From Anthoceros angustus (taxonomy: Eukaryota > Plantae > Anthocerotophyta), in NCBI GenBank assembly GCA_010909165.1, contig VJWM01000019.1, forward strand, positions 1,178,001 through 1,242,000: a stretch of DNA of 64,000 nt, written 5' to 3'. The notes under the pieces are model-generated. The model was not told where the DNA came from. It searched no databases and worked only from the letters and a program-made list of their open reading frames with translations. How positions within the stretch are numbered: the first letter of the stretch is position 1; every line of letters starts with the position of its first letter. Shown here piece by piece: positions 48,001-61,981 of this stretch. The translations under genes were made by a program, and so were the position numbers.

Positions 48001-50869
48001 CGGTGTTAGGGTTTTCATCGGGTCTACACACAAACATGGCGGGCAACACATACACACGAACTTTTGTTCGCGGTATGGCCGCGTTCGGCGCACCGCAAAT
48101 CCTCCGCTTACACATCTTTCACTATATATGCGGGAAGGGCGGGATGTGGGAGGCGATCCCTACGTTTGTGCTTGCCTACTAACATGCTTGTGCTTGCGAT
48201 TGGATGTATGGGGCGACTTGAGACGAAGATGATCGTAACTTCACCTTTCAAACCGAACACATTGCGAAGGAAACCATGCAATGGGCATTACGAGATCTGA
48301 ACATGCTTCACACTATCCCCTCCTCAACCTCATCAAGCAGGGCAATGTCACTGCGTCCTACAAATCCACTTCCGGTCCTAGACACTGCCGGAAGCGCCGC
48401 ATGTTGCCGTTCAACCAAAAACATCCGAACATAGTGCGCTCACACCTCATGGTGGGGCGCTCTAACAAAAAAACACCTCCCTCGCCCACGTCGATCGTGG
48501 AAGAGCCTCGAGGCAGGCCCTCCATCCTCTTGTGCTCGAACTTGGCTCCTCCTCTTCGGACTTAGTTCGCCCTGTCTTTTCTTGTGGAGGGCGAATATCC
48601 CCTCACTTACCGGACATGGGAGGTGCACCCGGTTGTGCCATGGCGGGGCAGTGCACACTGTCCACTGTGAGGTTGGGGAGGCGGGTTCATCCCGGCACCA
48701 ATGGGAAGGGGACCGGGAAGGCGTGGCGGGGGCGATTGGGAGGGTGGCATCCACCACCAACCCTTGCACATTGGCCCGATGGCATGGAGGATGCGGCCAT
48801 TCTTTGCGTTCATGTATTCCATGAACCGGCGTGATTCCAGGCTGCGTTGTCGGCCGATCGTGAGTCATCCATCACTCCCTCCATGTCGGTCGGTGGACCC
48901 TCGGGTTGCGCACCTTCTCCACCACTTCAAGAAGGAGGTGATGGCGCCCGTCATGGCGGCGTCGATTAACGCATTGGACTTGGCCGTTGCTACCATACTC
49001 GGAGCTCCATTGGGTGGATGCCCCACCTTGTTATTCGGCCTTGGGCGGTGGCCCCTCCCAGTGCTGGCCCCATTCACGCCCTCGGCGAAGCCGGGTTCGC
49101 CTCCGGCACTCTCGCCCTTGCATCTTGGCCTTGGCCCCACAGGCGCCCGCCCGGCTAGTCGCCCCCATTGGTGCACCCTCTTCCTCTTGGGTGCCCGCGC
49201 CTCGAGCTCAGCGATGAGCTCGGCCAGCTCTTCTCTCGGCTTGCCTCCTCGCTCATGCCCCGGCGTCTCGTTCGATCTTGGCGGGCTCCGTCCGTATAGC
49301 GGATCGAGCGAAGTTCCGTTTCGTAGATGACCACAGGGGCTGGTCTCGTCCACTCGTCCACACACCAACTCGCGGACATATGAGTACCGGGCATGGCAAA
49401 GTTCACCACTTGCAACCGGCATTACGAGGCATGACAATGAGCGAACCCACCGGCATTGTCAAACACATTGCGATCGGCGGATTGTGCGTGTCACTTACCG
49501 CCAGTCTTCCGATTGTTGTCCTGGCGCGCTCCTCGCCGTTCGCAACCCGATCCGTCTCCTTGTCGTGGCGCCTCCTCTCCCTCCTCGGTTTCGTTCTCCT
49601 CCACTCTCACCGGGCGCCCCACGGGCTCCTTCCCGGCACAGGCTTGCCACCATCCTCCCGCCTCAGTCCCCACCTCCTCTCCGCCCCCCCCAGGCACGTC
49701 ACGAGAAGGCGCAAGGGATGCCTGGTCCTCCGTCACAGCATGCGCCTCTGTTTGCACCTCATGGCTGCAACCACATGGGTTCGATCCTTTCCTTGCGGGT
49801 TTGGTGGGTGCAGGCGAATCTCAAGGCGGCTGACTGCTGCTCGTGCATGCGGCCGAGGCCATCCCCTGCAACCATTGGCGGGCGCATGCGGCGAGCCACC
49901 CTCACTGCGGCCATTGGTGCGCGGTCGGCGATCACCCCTTCCCCTACGGGGCTGCCGCAGCTGCCGTCATCCTCCTCGCTGCGGCCCTCCGGCGCATGCG
50001 ACAACCCGGCCTGCTGCTGCGACCCTCGGTGTCTTGCCTTCAACCCTCATCTGCAGTCCGGGACTTCGCGGGCATGCAATCGGCCCTCTGCGCCCTCCGG
50101 TTTGGGTGAAGCCCGACCATCCGCTGCAACCCTTTGTGGGGCGCAGCGGCTTCTCCTGCCGCCGCTTGTTGGGGGCGCCCCAGGTGCCAGGCTGCGGAGG
50201 GCTCCACCAAAGCGGCATCGGGATGCCGCGCCTCTCATCGCGCTTGACCGGCCGCCTCACGCTGCGCATGCTCGTCCGTGGGCAGCTGTCTTCAAGCATT
50301 ACTGCAGCCCCTCGGTATGGGCTGCTGCGGCCTCAGCCGCCGCCTCACCGCTCTGGCCGCTGCGCTGGCCGGGCGAGCGATGCCGCCGCCCGCACGCCAG
50401 CCATTTCTCATCGTCGCCACCGCCACAGCGTCTGCTCCAATGCCCCGCCATGCCTTCGGTCGCCTCCCTCCTCGTCCGGGCATGGGTGTGTCGAGCTCCA
50501 TGTCTTCCACCTCGCCCGCCCATACGCCTATGCTCGTGAGCTTCCACTTTGAAAAGTGGCACTTGGAGTTCTTGGTGGCTGCCCCAACTTGCCCCAAGCA
50601 AGAAATTGCTCTGTTATGCATGCTTTCGGTGGCATTTGGCACCCCAATGCATCACTTTGCCACCGGTAGCGGCTGTTTTGGCGCTTCGCGCCAAGCGGCT
50701 CTGACTGATTTCAACACCAGCGCGTTGCATTTTGCATGTTGCCTGCGCTTTCGATTGCGGTGCGGTTCCAACCTTCTAAGCGCTTCTGACTTGCTTGGAG
50801 TCCGGACGATCGTTGACGCTAGTCAACCTACCACTTCCGCCTTTTATGTGTTCACGCCATCTATCCATG

Positions 50870-52600
50870 GCATCTACGGTACTTGCCTTTCTGCCTTGCA
50901 CGCCTATAAATAGGAAGAAAAGTCCTTCGCATTTGGACCAATGTCACATGTGCATTGCCTATGGATGGCATCCACATGGTATGTATGCATGATGGCTGGT
51001 TGACATGTGATGCATCGAACATTTGTACCTAGATCTTTGTGCCATGGCACAATCCATGTATGTGCACCGTCATGCATGTCGGGAAGGTACCATGCACATA
51101 TAAAGGTCACGTGCGATATATAGAGAATACATAAAAATCAAAACCCAAGGAAAAGGTGGTGACCGACATCTACGTAGACATGGTCACATGCATCACATGT
51201 CAACGGGCATCATGCATACATACCATGTGCATGTGCATCGTGATATATGTTCGACACGGTACTCGACACATACATCGTCAGCGAATCTATATACAAAGAC
51301 CTAAAAATCAAAACCCAAGGAAAATGTGCACATGGAAAGCACATGGTATGCATGCATGCGGGATGGATGGTTGACATGTGAAGTATGTGAACATGTATAC
51401 CTAGATGCTGTCATGGGCACCTTTTCCATCTATGTGCATCGTGATGCATGTTCGGCGGTACTATGACACATATATAGGTCGAGCATCTATATTCAAACTA
51501 CGTAAACACCATAACCCAAGGAAAAGGCGGTCGTTCTTGATTGCATGAATATCAATTGTTCGAAGGCCAAGGACAAGTGGGATTACAAATATACCTAACG
51601 CCTACCATTGTGGTGGCACTCCATCAACAGTTCGGTTTTTTATATGTGGGCTACCCAACCATGGACTACCAACTACGCTACTTGCCTATCCTGCCTACAC
51701 CTATATATAGGAAGAAACGTCCTTGGCAGCCTTGTGGATGGCATCCACGTATGTATGCATGATGTGACATGTGCATGTGAATGTCTACCTAGATCTTGTG
51801 TCATGGCACAATCAACCTATGTGCATCGCGATGTTTGTAAGGCACGGTACTCGACACATATAGGTCACGCACCTATATAGAAAATACGAAAATCATAAAC
51901 CAAGGAAAAGGGCTAGTAGGTTGTTAGCGCATAAATATCATTTGTTCAAAGGCCAAGGAGAAGTAGGACTCTAAATAGATCAGTGCCTACCATCTGTGGT
52001 GGTGCTTCATCGAGAGTCCCGGTGGTTTTGCCTATATATGGGCTACCCAACCTATGATTCTTGATTGTACATGTTTGTCATAAAGGATAGGCAGCCATAC
52101 TTAGTCCCTTCTTTTCTCTTTTCCCTCTTCTCACCTTTGGGAACCGCATTGTCTAGTGGGAGCGTCGGTTCGCTTGTTGTCTTATCGCAATGGTCGCACC
52201 TATCACCGCGGTCCTGACTAAGTGCATAATGGTATACGTTTCATTTGGTGATTCTCGGTTTGGTCCAAAGGCCAAGGTCTTCCTTCCATTCATTGATTGA
52301 CATATTGGTGCAAAGGCCAAGGAGTTTTGTTCCCTTCATTGCCAATGTAAGCTCCAAAGGCCAATGAGTATTTTCCCTTTCATGGCCAGTCGGGATGGTC
52401 CAAGGGAAGGCCTTGTCTTCGTATATATATAGGCGGGGCAGGCGGGATAGGCAAGTACCGTGTTGGTTGGGAAATGGATTTTCTTACACATGAATCGGAC
52501 CTTACATTGGACCATTCGTCAATCCGGATTACATTTTAGTCCTTGGCCTTTGGGCGTCAAGAAAATATCATGTCAACTAGTCCTCGGCCTAGGGGCAACA
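50870..52600. repeat. Complex array of ~170-390-bp units (markers AAAATCAAAACCCAAGGAAAAGG and AAAGGCCAAGG) with local inverted segments
   Basis: Unit marker at ~51134, 51304, 51505 and 51890. 50976-51015 is inverted at 51187-51227, and 50876-50912 is inverted at ~52422-52460. Confidence 0.75.
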
Positions 52601-55600
52601 TGATGTTGTTTTCGTCATTGGGAAAAAAACACTGACACGGCAAAACACGTCGTTGTGCTTTGGACCACGACCACTACGAGGCGAGCAAATTAATTGGGCT
52701 TTGGACGATTACAATTATGGATCCGCCCTTCCTACCGCCATTCCACAACCACTCTTCCACTCGCGATCGCGGCCATTGCTATTATGAGCAGCGCCGCCAT
52801 CGCCACCCCATGCAGTTCGCTATATTGCGGCGGCCGATCAAATCACCTCCCTTTGGAGGCCATTCCTGCTCTCGCCTCCGTCCGTCCTTGCCCCTCCACT
52901 GCGCACATTGAAGGCTTCCTCCCACGCGCATAAGGCCGGCTGTGACGGATGGTGTGCGAGTGGGCTCCCCATCGATGATGCACCAAAGCGCCTTCCCTCC
53001 GCATCCGCGACCCTGCATCCCGTCTTCCCACGGTCAAACTCCTCGGCGTCATGCCCGGCACCTCACCGGCGGAATCGATGGCCCATACCTCCTTTGTCTC
53101 ATCGGTGAGCACCCTTTTCGGGCACCGACCGCACTTCCGTCGCACTTCTTGCGGTTGTCTTCTTCGGTCTGTCCGCAGCGCATCTGACAGGCTTTGAAAT
53201 CCACCCCTCGGATTGTCGCAATGACAACCTTGCTCTGCACCACCCTCGCGATCGCCATGCGTGCGGTGCACGCTCCACTGGAAGACCTTCCGCCTCCAAA
53301 ACCTGCACCTCTTTCCATTTGCCCATTGTGATTGTCGGGCGGCGCGGGTGGAACCTCAGCGGGCGCACTTAGTTCCGCCATTCGACTGGCCGGCGCCGTG
53401 CCACCGCCAACCCTACGGTTTTGTATTATTGCGCCCGACCTTGTTTACATCCATTCTCAATTGGGCGGAAAGCAATTCACGTCGAGGCGGCCGTCATTCC
53501 ACATGGGTGCATTGCCTCGATTTTCCGTGCCGCCATAAACCAAATGAGTGCGGGCAGCTCAAAGTCTCTTCACATTAGTGCCCTCTTGTGCGGGGCAGGA
53601 CAAACACAACCGAAACCACTTGCGGTCTCTAATGAAGCGAGTCCGAGGCGGCCTTTCAGCGTTCCCATACACGGAGTTCATGCGGATGGCTTCACATCGC
53701 AGCGTGGCCATCACGAGCTTGGAGACATAGGCGGGGAGGTAGAGTGCGAGCACGTCCTCGCTGGCGGTGCCCAAATGCGGAGGAACTTGCGACCACCATT
53801 GGCCGCTTGAGTAAACTCTCGGTGATGAAGGTGAGCAGTAGCTCTATCGCGAATGACATCTCGGCGATTTCAGAACATTTCTCTCTAAAGCTGCAAGCGG
53901 GCCTCGAATCTCACTCCGCTCGGGGCTGCCTGCATCCATGCGTGGCGGTGAAGAACTTGGTGACACTCTCAAGCGTGCACTCCCTAGACACTCCAACATG
54001 GCCCTCTTGTCGGTGTGCACCACATGCGGAACCCCTCTCCCACCCACCAGCGTGCGGGGCCGGTGAATAAAAGGCGGTCGCACCTTCTTGAATCGCGCCA
54101 CGCCCCGGGACATCACGAGGGCTTGGTCGGCCACATGCTTGAAAAAATCGGGGCACATGCGCCATCGGACCAACGGCCGATGAAATCGCGCTCCTCTTAT
54201 ACTCGAGCCCGTTTCATTCTTGGAGGATGGCCATGTGTGGGTGGGTTGTCAACATATCCGTCTTAAAAGCCCTCTTCAACGTCCTCTCTGTGCCGCATCC
54301 TTCCACTCCTTGTGCACGCCATCCTTTTGGCTCCCTAGTGCGTCGTGAGTGTGGCAAATGTCATGGGACGACTCACCTCAATGCCATTTGCAGGGCATGT
54401 AAGTGGTGAAGAACATGGCCTGAGGAGGCATCTGCCGTCGTCGGCCGCACATTTGCATCAATTGGCCAAATATCTTACCATGCTCTGCGTAGTCGGATGC
54501 ACTCACATGGGCGATGTGGTAATGTGTAACGCGACCCGTTGTTCGAACCGTCCACAAATGGCGACTCAGTACTTCGAGGCCTCGGATGCTCGGCGTAGGC
54601 CGCCGTCCTGTTCCAACCTCGTGGACTACATCACCGATGTCCCGTGCAGTGCGATCTTGCACTCTAAGCGGTGGGAAAGGTCCCCCCCCTCCCGGCGGGA
54701 AATTGTCGAGCAGTTGTTGGCACTCCATGCCCGCCTCAACTGCAATCACCAATGCGTCGTCGTTCGAACCATCGAGGCACCATAGCAAATAATGGCATGT
54801 CTCGCTCACGGAGGTTAGGAGGTCCTCGAATCGCTCACACTCCGTTCGGACGGCATCTGAGCCTTCTCGGTCACGCAAAGCCGCATCGCGGCGTATGCGG
54901 CTCGTCGCTCCGCCGGAATGCCATAAGCGCCGCGTCTGCGTCCTTTCCTCCGCCTCGGTGCATACGCTGCAGGCGACCCAGTGCGGTGGGCTGCGGTGCG
55001 ATCGGAGCATCTCCTCCTCATCCATCGCGAACCTCAAGTTGGTGCTATTCGCGTTATGCGCAACTCTTCCGTCATGGATCGAAGGTCCGGTGATCGTCCA
55101 TATCCGCGAAGGCGGACCAGCCGGCGTGGCGCTGCGAAGAACCCCGGATGGTGGCGATTCGAACATTTCCAGCCGTCCATGCCACCATCGGATGCGGCGA
55201 GCCCTTGAGTTCGTACTGCGCCGTCTCCACAAGATGTTGCAGCCTTGCAAGCCGCGCATCGGTTTCGCGATCGCCATTCGCCTTCTCCCGCGACCCAAAA
55301 TTTGAAAAGAACCTCCTCTGGCGATGGCCTGCCGGATTCGCGCCGCCGCGCCTTCCCTTCCCTGCGGTGGTGTGTGAGCTCTTCCACAACTAAAAGGTCC
55401 GTTGCCATGCCGTTAGCGAGCCTCTTCCGCTCCTGGCGAGGCGCTTCCATGAACGGCGTGCAGCGCGGCCCGTCCGCGCGGGGACTTCGCCCGCCTCCGT
55501 GCGGAGGCCCTACCAGCGCTGGCCTTACCGTTAGGGAAATTGTGCCTCCTCCCATGTCCCGAGGGTCGAGGCGGGTGGGATGCGGGTGCCTCAAGGTCGG

Positions 55601-56894
55601 GGATGCCGGACGATCGGCGTTGTTGAACTCTCCTCCAGGCGCGACCACGACCACCGCCCGCCCGCTCTCCATCCATCGGGACATCCACTTCTTCCTCCTC
55701 CACCCCGTAAACCTCCGAAGGCGCCGCCCGCTCCGTGCAGCGGTGTAAATTACTGTTAACGTCCCGGATGTACAGCATTTGCATCGGCTGTCGGCCTCTG
55801 TTATTGTCTTTAGAGTGGGCCGAATATCGATACACGGACTTGTGTGTGCGTGACATCACGGACCATAGCGGCCGGACCAGTGCCGGCTTGTCGAATAGAG
55901 CCTCGCCCCTCAACAATGGCGCACGGTACTGCGTGACAGCGTTCCGTTGTCTCGCCCCCGGCATGCGAGGCACCGTAAGCTCCACTGCGTGGTCGGTGCG
56001 GACACGAACAACTTCGCCTTCTCCCAAGTCGACCTTGGGCAAAGCCTTGTCGGTACTTGTACCCGCGACTTTGTGAGCCGCCTCCGCCATCGGCAGTGCG
56101 CCCGGCTCTTTTGCTTCTTCGGGCCTATGCGCAACCGTGATTCGAGTTGCGTGAATGGGATTGTCCCAACGCGGCCGCGGCCCTCACGCTCACTGCGTCT
56201 CCATCCTCCCACCGATCTGGGCGGAGTTGCGTAGATGATCCGCCCACCCATTCTCCGCCATATGTGGATGGGCCACCGACCCGTTGAACCTCCGGCGGTC
56301 CCGATGGCGGCTTGGGCGTGGCGGGTGGCCGTCCGGGGGTGGGCGGCCGTGAAGAGGTCGTGCGCCGGTAGCGCAATTACCGCCCGGCTCCGGGTGCGCA
56401 GCGGATGGCGGTAACAAGGCCGTCACGCATCCGTGAGGCGGGCGGATCGATGACCTTACATGGGGGCATATTCTTGGATCATTCGCGTCTTACGTGCGTG
56501 CCGAGCAAGAAGCGTGTGCCCACAATTTCTTCCCTCTGCTGCCTGGTTGAAGGTGCCTCTCGCGTTGTCTTAGGCGCCATGGTGCACTGTGAAGACAGCA
56601 CTGCGCCTTATGTCACTGCCACCGCCAACCGTGTAGCGCCTCGATGTGGGACGGCAGACGCGCGCAGGAAGGAGATCGATCGGCGGTGCGCAAGCATTGC
56701 GCGCGGTGTTCGAAGTGGGTGGTGCGGCAGCGAAATCATTGTGATATTCTCCGTGTCCCAGATCGACATAGGCATGGTGCGGCATTGATTAAAGGGCCGT
56801 CTGCGCTGCGCTAAGTTTTGGCTCACGATGCTTGCGCTTCTGCATTGCTATGTGCAATGCTTTCAACTCTGCGGCCCGCCCCATCTTACGGCCG

Positions 56895-59800
56895 ATGCAT
56901 CTGCGGCCAAGCCACTCAACACCCTCATCGCGTTGCGCGCGCCTTCCTCACTTTGGTTAGATGGACATGATGGGTGGCGTTTGACTTTCCGCTCGGCCAC
57001 ATGCATGTGGTCAGCGATCATGGTTCCTTCCGCGTCACACTTGCGAAGATCTGTACATATGTGTCCCAATAACATATTGGGTCCGATATGTTCGAAATAA
57101 ACTATTGGGCGGAAAGTGCATGATGCGCTATCGCTGCGCCTCGAGCGGTTTGTCCGGACCGCACCAATATCGGCGTTGTGGAACAATTCATTGTGCCTTG
57201 CATTCAAATGCCCGCCGCGCCGATGTCCATGTGCGTTGGAGGCATGAGCGGTCGACCAGTGGTGGGAGGTGTATTTTTTGGAGCGAGAAAGGCGAGCCTG
57301 CGTGTGCCTCGCATGGCCATTGCACAACCATCCGGTCATCCTTCCTCGCCAACATGCCTTTTAGGCATCCGCCATAATCTATGCTCGCTATGCATTAATA
57401 TCCCGTAGTCGCGCCATATTACGCGATCGGTGTACCGGCTCATGAAGTCCATCCCATATTGCTTGCCATAAAATCCGTGAACATGGCCCATCTTGGCACG
57501 CCGACCATCTGTCACTTCACATTTTTCGATGGCATGGTTGCCTTGGCCCTTCCGCGGCTGGTTGGAGATTTGTCTGGTCACTCCATCACGACCCATCCGG
57601 CCGGTCCTCCCCACCTTACGGCCCGCTCCACGGACGGTAATGCGGCGACCCACGCGCCATCAGCCCGGCCGCGAGAGGCGGACTGCCGGCGTGAGCCCGG
57701 CACCCGCCAAGGCCCGCCCCCAAGGCCCACCCGGCAACCATGAACAACCCACTAACCAGCCGCTAACCCAACCGCCTTCCCCAACAAATTGCGAAGCGAA
57801 ACCACAGACATTGCCCAAATACATAAAATGTATACAATGCGGAATAGTGCAAAATGCCCAAAAGCTAAATTTCGAATTGCCTAACATGCCTTAAATTCAT
57901 CAAATGCAAAAATAGCCATGCATTATGGGAGACAAGTGCGGTTGATGGAGTGATGCGAATGGAGGCATGGCGGTTGATGCGGTATGAGACGCTGCACACG
58001 GTGCCCGCGTTGACACGAGCGAGGCCGCCCCACACGCCCACACGTTGCGATGGAGCACGAGTTGAATGTGCGTTGCAATGACCATAACATTATGAACTAC
58101 ACGATTGACAATGGAATAAAGCATGAGGGTGCATAATCGTTATATATAGACATGAACAATGGTCCCTTGTCAGAGCAAAGGAAAAGGTCAAATCAAGTTG
58201 GTTTTGATGCTCCCAGATCCCATATGTCACAAGGAGAAAGAAGGGAAGCATGGCGAGTATGGATGCCTCTTCATCCGACATGTATAATAAGAATCAATGG
58301 TAGGAAGCCACATATATAGACATGTATAGTCCTTTGAACACCAAGGAAACGGGTTGAAACACGTGCCACCTCTCGGTAGGCACGTCGGATTATTTCGATC
58401 CTACTTTTCCTTGGCCTTGAACAAATGATATTTACAATGCATGCTGCGGCCAAACCACTCAACACCCTCATCGCGTTGCGCGCATCGTTCTCACTTTGGT
58501 TCTGATGGACATGGCATAGTGGATCCGGCGTTTGACTTTCCTCTCGCGCCACATGCGGTATGGTCCCGATCATGGTTCCTTCCGCGTCACACTTGCGAAG
58601 ATCTTTGTACATATGTGTCCCAATAACATATTGGGTCCGATATGTTCGATAAACTATTGGGTGGAAAGTGCAATGATGCGCTATCCGCGCCTCCGAGCAT
58701 TGTGTCGACCGCACACCAATATCGGCGTTGTGGAACAATTCATTGTGCCTTATTCAAATGCCCGCATCGATCATGTTGCGTTGGAGGCGAGCGACCGTGG
58801 TGGGAGGTGTGTTATTTGGAGCGGAGAAAGGCGGAGCGTTGCCGTGTGCCCGTCCATGGCCATTGCAACCATCCGGTCATCCTTCCTCGGCCAACATGCC
58901 TTTTAGGCATCCGCCATATAATCTACGCACCATCTCGCTATGCATTAATATCCCTTGTAGTCCATGGCGCCATTCGGCTCATGAAGTCCATCCCATTTGC
59001 TTGCCACGTGCATGGCCCATCTTGGCATAGCCATCTGCACATTTTTCGATGGCATGGTTGCCGCTTGGCCTCATGGTTTGAGATTTGTTAGTCCACATCC
59101 TGAACCCATCCGGCGGTCCTCCCCACCACCGGCTCCACGGACGGTCAGCGCCCACCGCGCCATCGCCAGCCCGCGGAGAGGCGAGGCCTGAGCGCTGATG
59201 CGCCACCCGCCCAGGCCCTGCACACACGGCCCCAACCACCAACCCCACCACCAGCCAACCGCCCCCACCCAACAAAGCGAAGGCGAAATCACCCCAAAAT
59301 GCGACATAAAATGTATACAATGCGAATAAGCAAAATGCCCAAACGCCTAAATTTCGGAATTGCCTAACATGCCTTAAATTCATCAAATCGCGAAAATAGC
59401 CATGCATTATGGAGACAAGTGCGGTTGATGGAGTGATGCGAATGAGCATGCGTTGGATGCGTATGACAGCGACGGTGACGTTGACACTATATAGACGACG
59501 CTGCCCACACTGCCGTTGCTATGGAGCACTTGAATGTAGTTGCGGGGCGCAATCCTGCTCCGAACTACACGATGACAATAATAAAGCATGAGGGTGCATA
59601 ATCGTTATATATAGACATGAACAATGGTCCCTTCTGTCCAAGAGCAAAGGAAAAGGTCAAATCAAGTTGGTTGCTAATGATGCTCCCTAGATCCCAAAAT
59701 GTCACAAGAGAAAGGGAAGTTATGGCGAGTATGGATGCCTCTTCATCCAGAGAAACTGTATAATGCAAGAATGAATGGTAGGAAGCCACATATATAGACA

Positions 59801-59920
59801 TGTAGTGGTCACATGCAGAAGACCAAGGAAGCAGGTTGAAACACGTGCCACCTCTCAGATGGTAGGCACTATGTATTTATCCTACTTTTCCTTGGCCGAA
59901 CAAATGATGATATTTATAGC
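56895..59920. repeat. ~1.54-kb tandem duplication (56895-58440 / 58437-59920)
   Basis: Both copies start ATGCAT(G)CTGCGGCCAA.CCACTCAACACCCTCATCGCG and are colinear. Confidence 0.88.
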
Positions 59921-60610
59921 ACAACATGCTCGCCTTTTCAGACACGAAGAAGATGACTGCGTTGCAAGGATGGACCCTTTTCCATGCAAACATCTACAAT
60001 CCAAGTATCAATGGCTAGGTAGGACATATAGACAAATGCTGGTCCGTCAGCCCAGGAAACAGTTAAATCACGTGCCACCTACGATGGTAACACCTCTATT
60101 TATAATCATACTTCTCCTTGGCCTTGAACAAATGATAATTATGCCGAACAACATACTACCCCTTTTGGGTTTTGATTTTAATATTTTCAATATATATTAG
60201 ACCTATATATGTGTCATAAGCGAAGAGAACATGCATCACGATGTACATAGATTGATTGTGCCATGACGGAGCATGTAGGTAGACATGTTCACACACATCG
60301 CATGTCAAGCATGCAACATGACATGCATACCATGCATGCCATCAATGGGCAATGAACATGTTAGATTGGTCCAAAGGCGAGGACTTTTCTACATATAAGC
60401 GGTAGGGAGGGATAGGCAGTGTACAGAGAATCCATGGTTGGGCAGCCCACCATATAGGAAAAACCACAGGGTCTATGTATAATCCTACTTCTCCTTGGCC
60501 TTGAATAAATAATGTATATGTCCAACACCATGCTGCCCTTTTCCTTGGGTTATGATTTTAGGATTTCTATGTAGATGTGACCCATATATGTGTCATAGTC
60601 TGCCATAGAC
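59770..60610. repeat. Inverted counterpart of the 50870-52100 repeat array
   Basis: CCTACTT(T/C)TCCTTGGCCTTGAACAAATGAT and TTTTCCTTGGGTTATGATTTT are reverse complements of motifs in 51130-51970. Confidence 0.75.
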
Positions 60611-60619
60611 CATGTCGTC

Positions 60620-61032
60620 CATGCATAAAGACCATCTGGGTGGCATGGTGTTCACATCAGACTTGGTGAGGTTTATGGTTAGTGATTGACCCTACCCATA
60701 AGTGTCTCGTGAGACACTAGCATGGACGCATAGATGGAGTCATGCAAAATGAAATTGGTTGGTGGCAGTAAAGTGTACGGGTTGGTGCATGGAAATGAAA
60801 TCGGTGAAAGTGGGTGGGGACATCATGCATAAAGACCATGGTGGGTGGCATGGTGTTCACATCAGGACTTGGTGAGGTTTCCTTGGTTAGTGATTGACCC
60901 TACCCATAAGTGTCTCTAGCAGAGAGAAAAACACAGCATGGGCATGGATGGGTCACAATGAAATTGTGGTTAGGTGGCATGTCAAAGTGTCTGGGGTTGG
61001 TGCATGGAAATGAAATCAAGTGGGTGGGGACA
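60620..61032. repeat. ~200-bp tandem duplication
   Basis: CATGCATAAAGACCAT...TGACCCTACCCATAAGTGTCTC...GAAATGAAATC occurs twice. Confidence 0.85.
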
Positions 61033-61981
61033 CGCAAAGCATAAGCTCATTCCATTCGCCAAATATTCATGCGGTTTTCATGAAATGATCGGGCATGGTT
61101 GGTCAAATGGTTGACAAACACGGGTTTGTAACAATTCCCGGAATGAAAGGAGTTCGCATCCCATCATCCATGGTTGCCATGTGAACAATCCGTTTCTCCG
61201 ACTTTTGGAGTCGGGTAGGAAAGGCGAAGGCATCCGGCGGCGTTGGCGGGGGAAGGGGTAGGGAACGCCTGAGGGATGCATCCCACCTTGATGCGGTTGT
61301 GCATCCCACTAGTTCGAGATGCGTGGCGGCCACGAGGACCAGTGGGTGGTTTTGAAATAGGATTCGGGGTTAGACCGGTGCCCACCATGATGGTCTGCTT
61401 TCGGTCCAATCCGTCAGAAAGGAATAGGGGTAGGAGGCGGCGGGTGGGCTGGAAGGAAGCAGTGCGCTTATTAGTGGAAGGCGCGGCACGGTGGCGGGTA
61501 GGTGCAAGGTCGGCCGTGCTGCCGTGGAGGATGAGGAACCCAAGATCGTGGCCATGGCGGGAGGCGGCCCAGTGGGTTGCCCGCGGTGGCGGTTGCGCTT
61601 GAAGAGGGAAGGTGGCAGTGGTAGGTAGCTCCCATCTTATAGATGACGCAAATCACGGTGCCGGCATGCGCATGCGGTCTGTGGCAACCGGCCAGCGGGC
61701 GGCGGTGGGGCGGCGGAGGAGTGGGAGATGCAAAGCTCGCAGTACATTCTGCGTGGCCTATGGTTCCCATCAACTCTTGAGGTGAGTTCTTGGCATTTGT
61801 GGAGGACCATCAAAGCGATCTGCGCATGGAGGGCTATCCGAAACTTGCCGTCTCGACTGCCGTGGCGAGGCGGACCGGATGGAGTGGCGGTGGACAAATT
61901 ACTGCGAGGTCTTACCTGGGGGTGGAGTGCCACATTTTCATGCACCAAGTGTTCACGGTTGGCCGTCGGATGGAAGAGATA

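Noticed and set aside
49278-50552. 424-aa and 351-aa plus-strand ORFs
   Set aside because: Arg/Pro/Ala-rich composition typical of stop-poor GC-rich non-coding or antisense frames, with no domain motifs.
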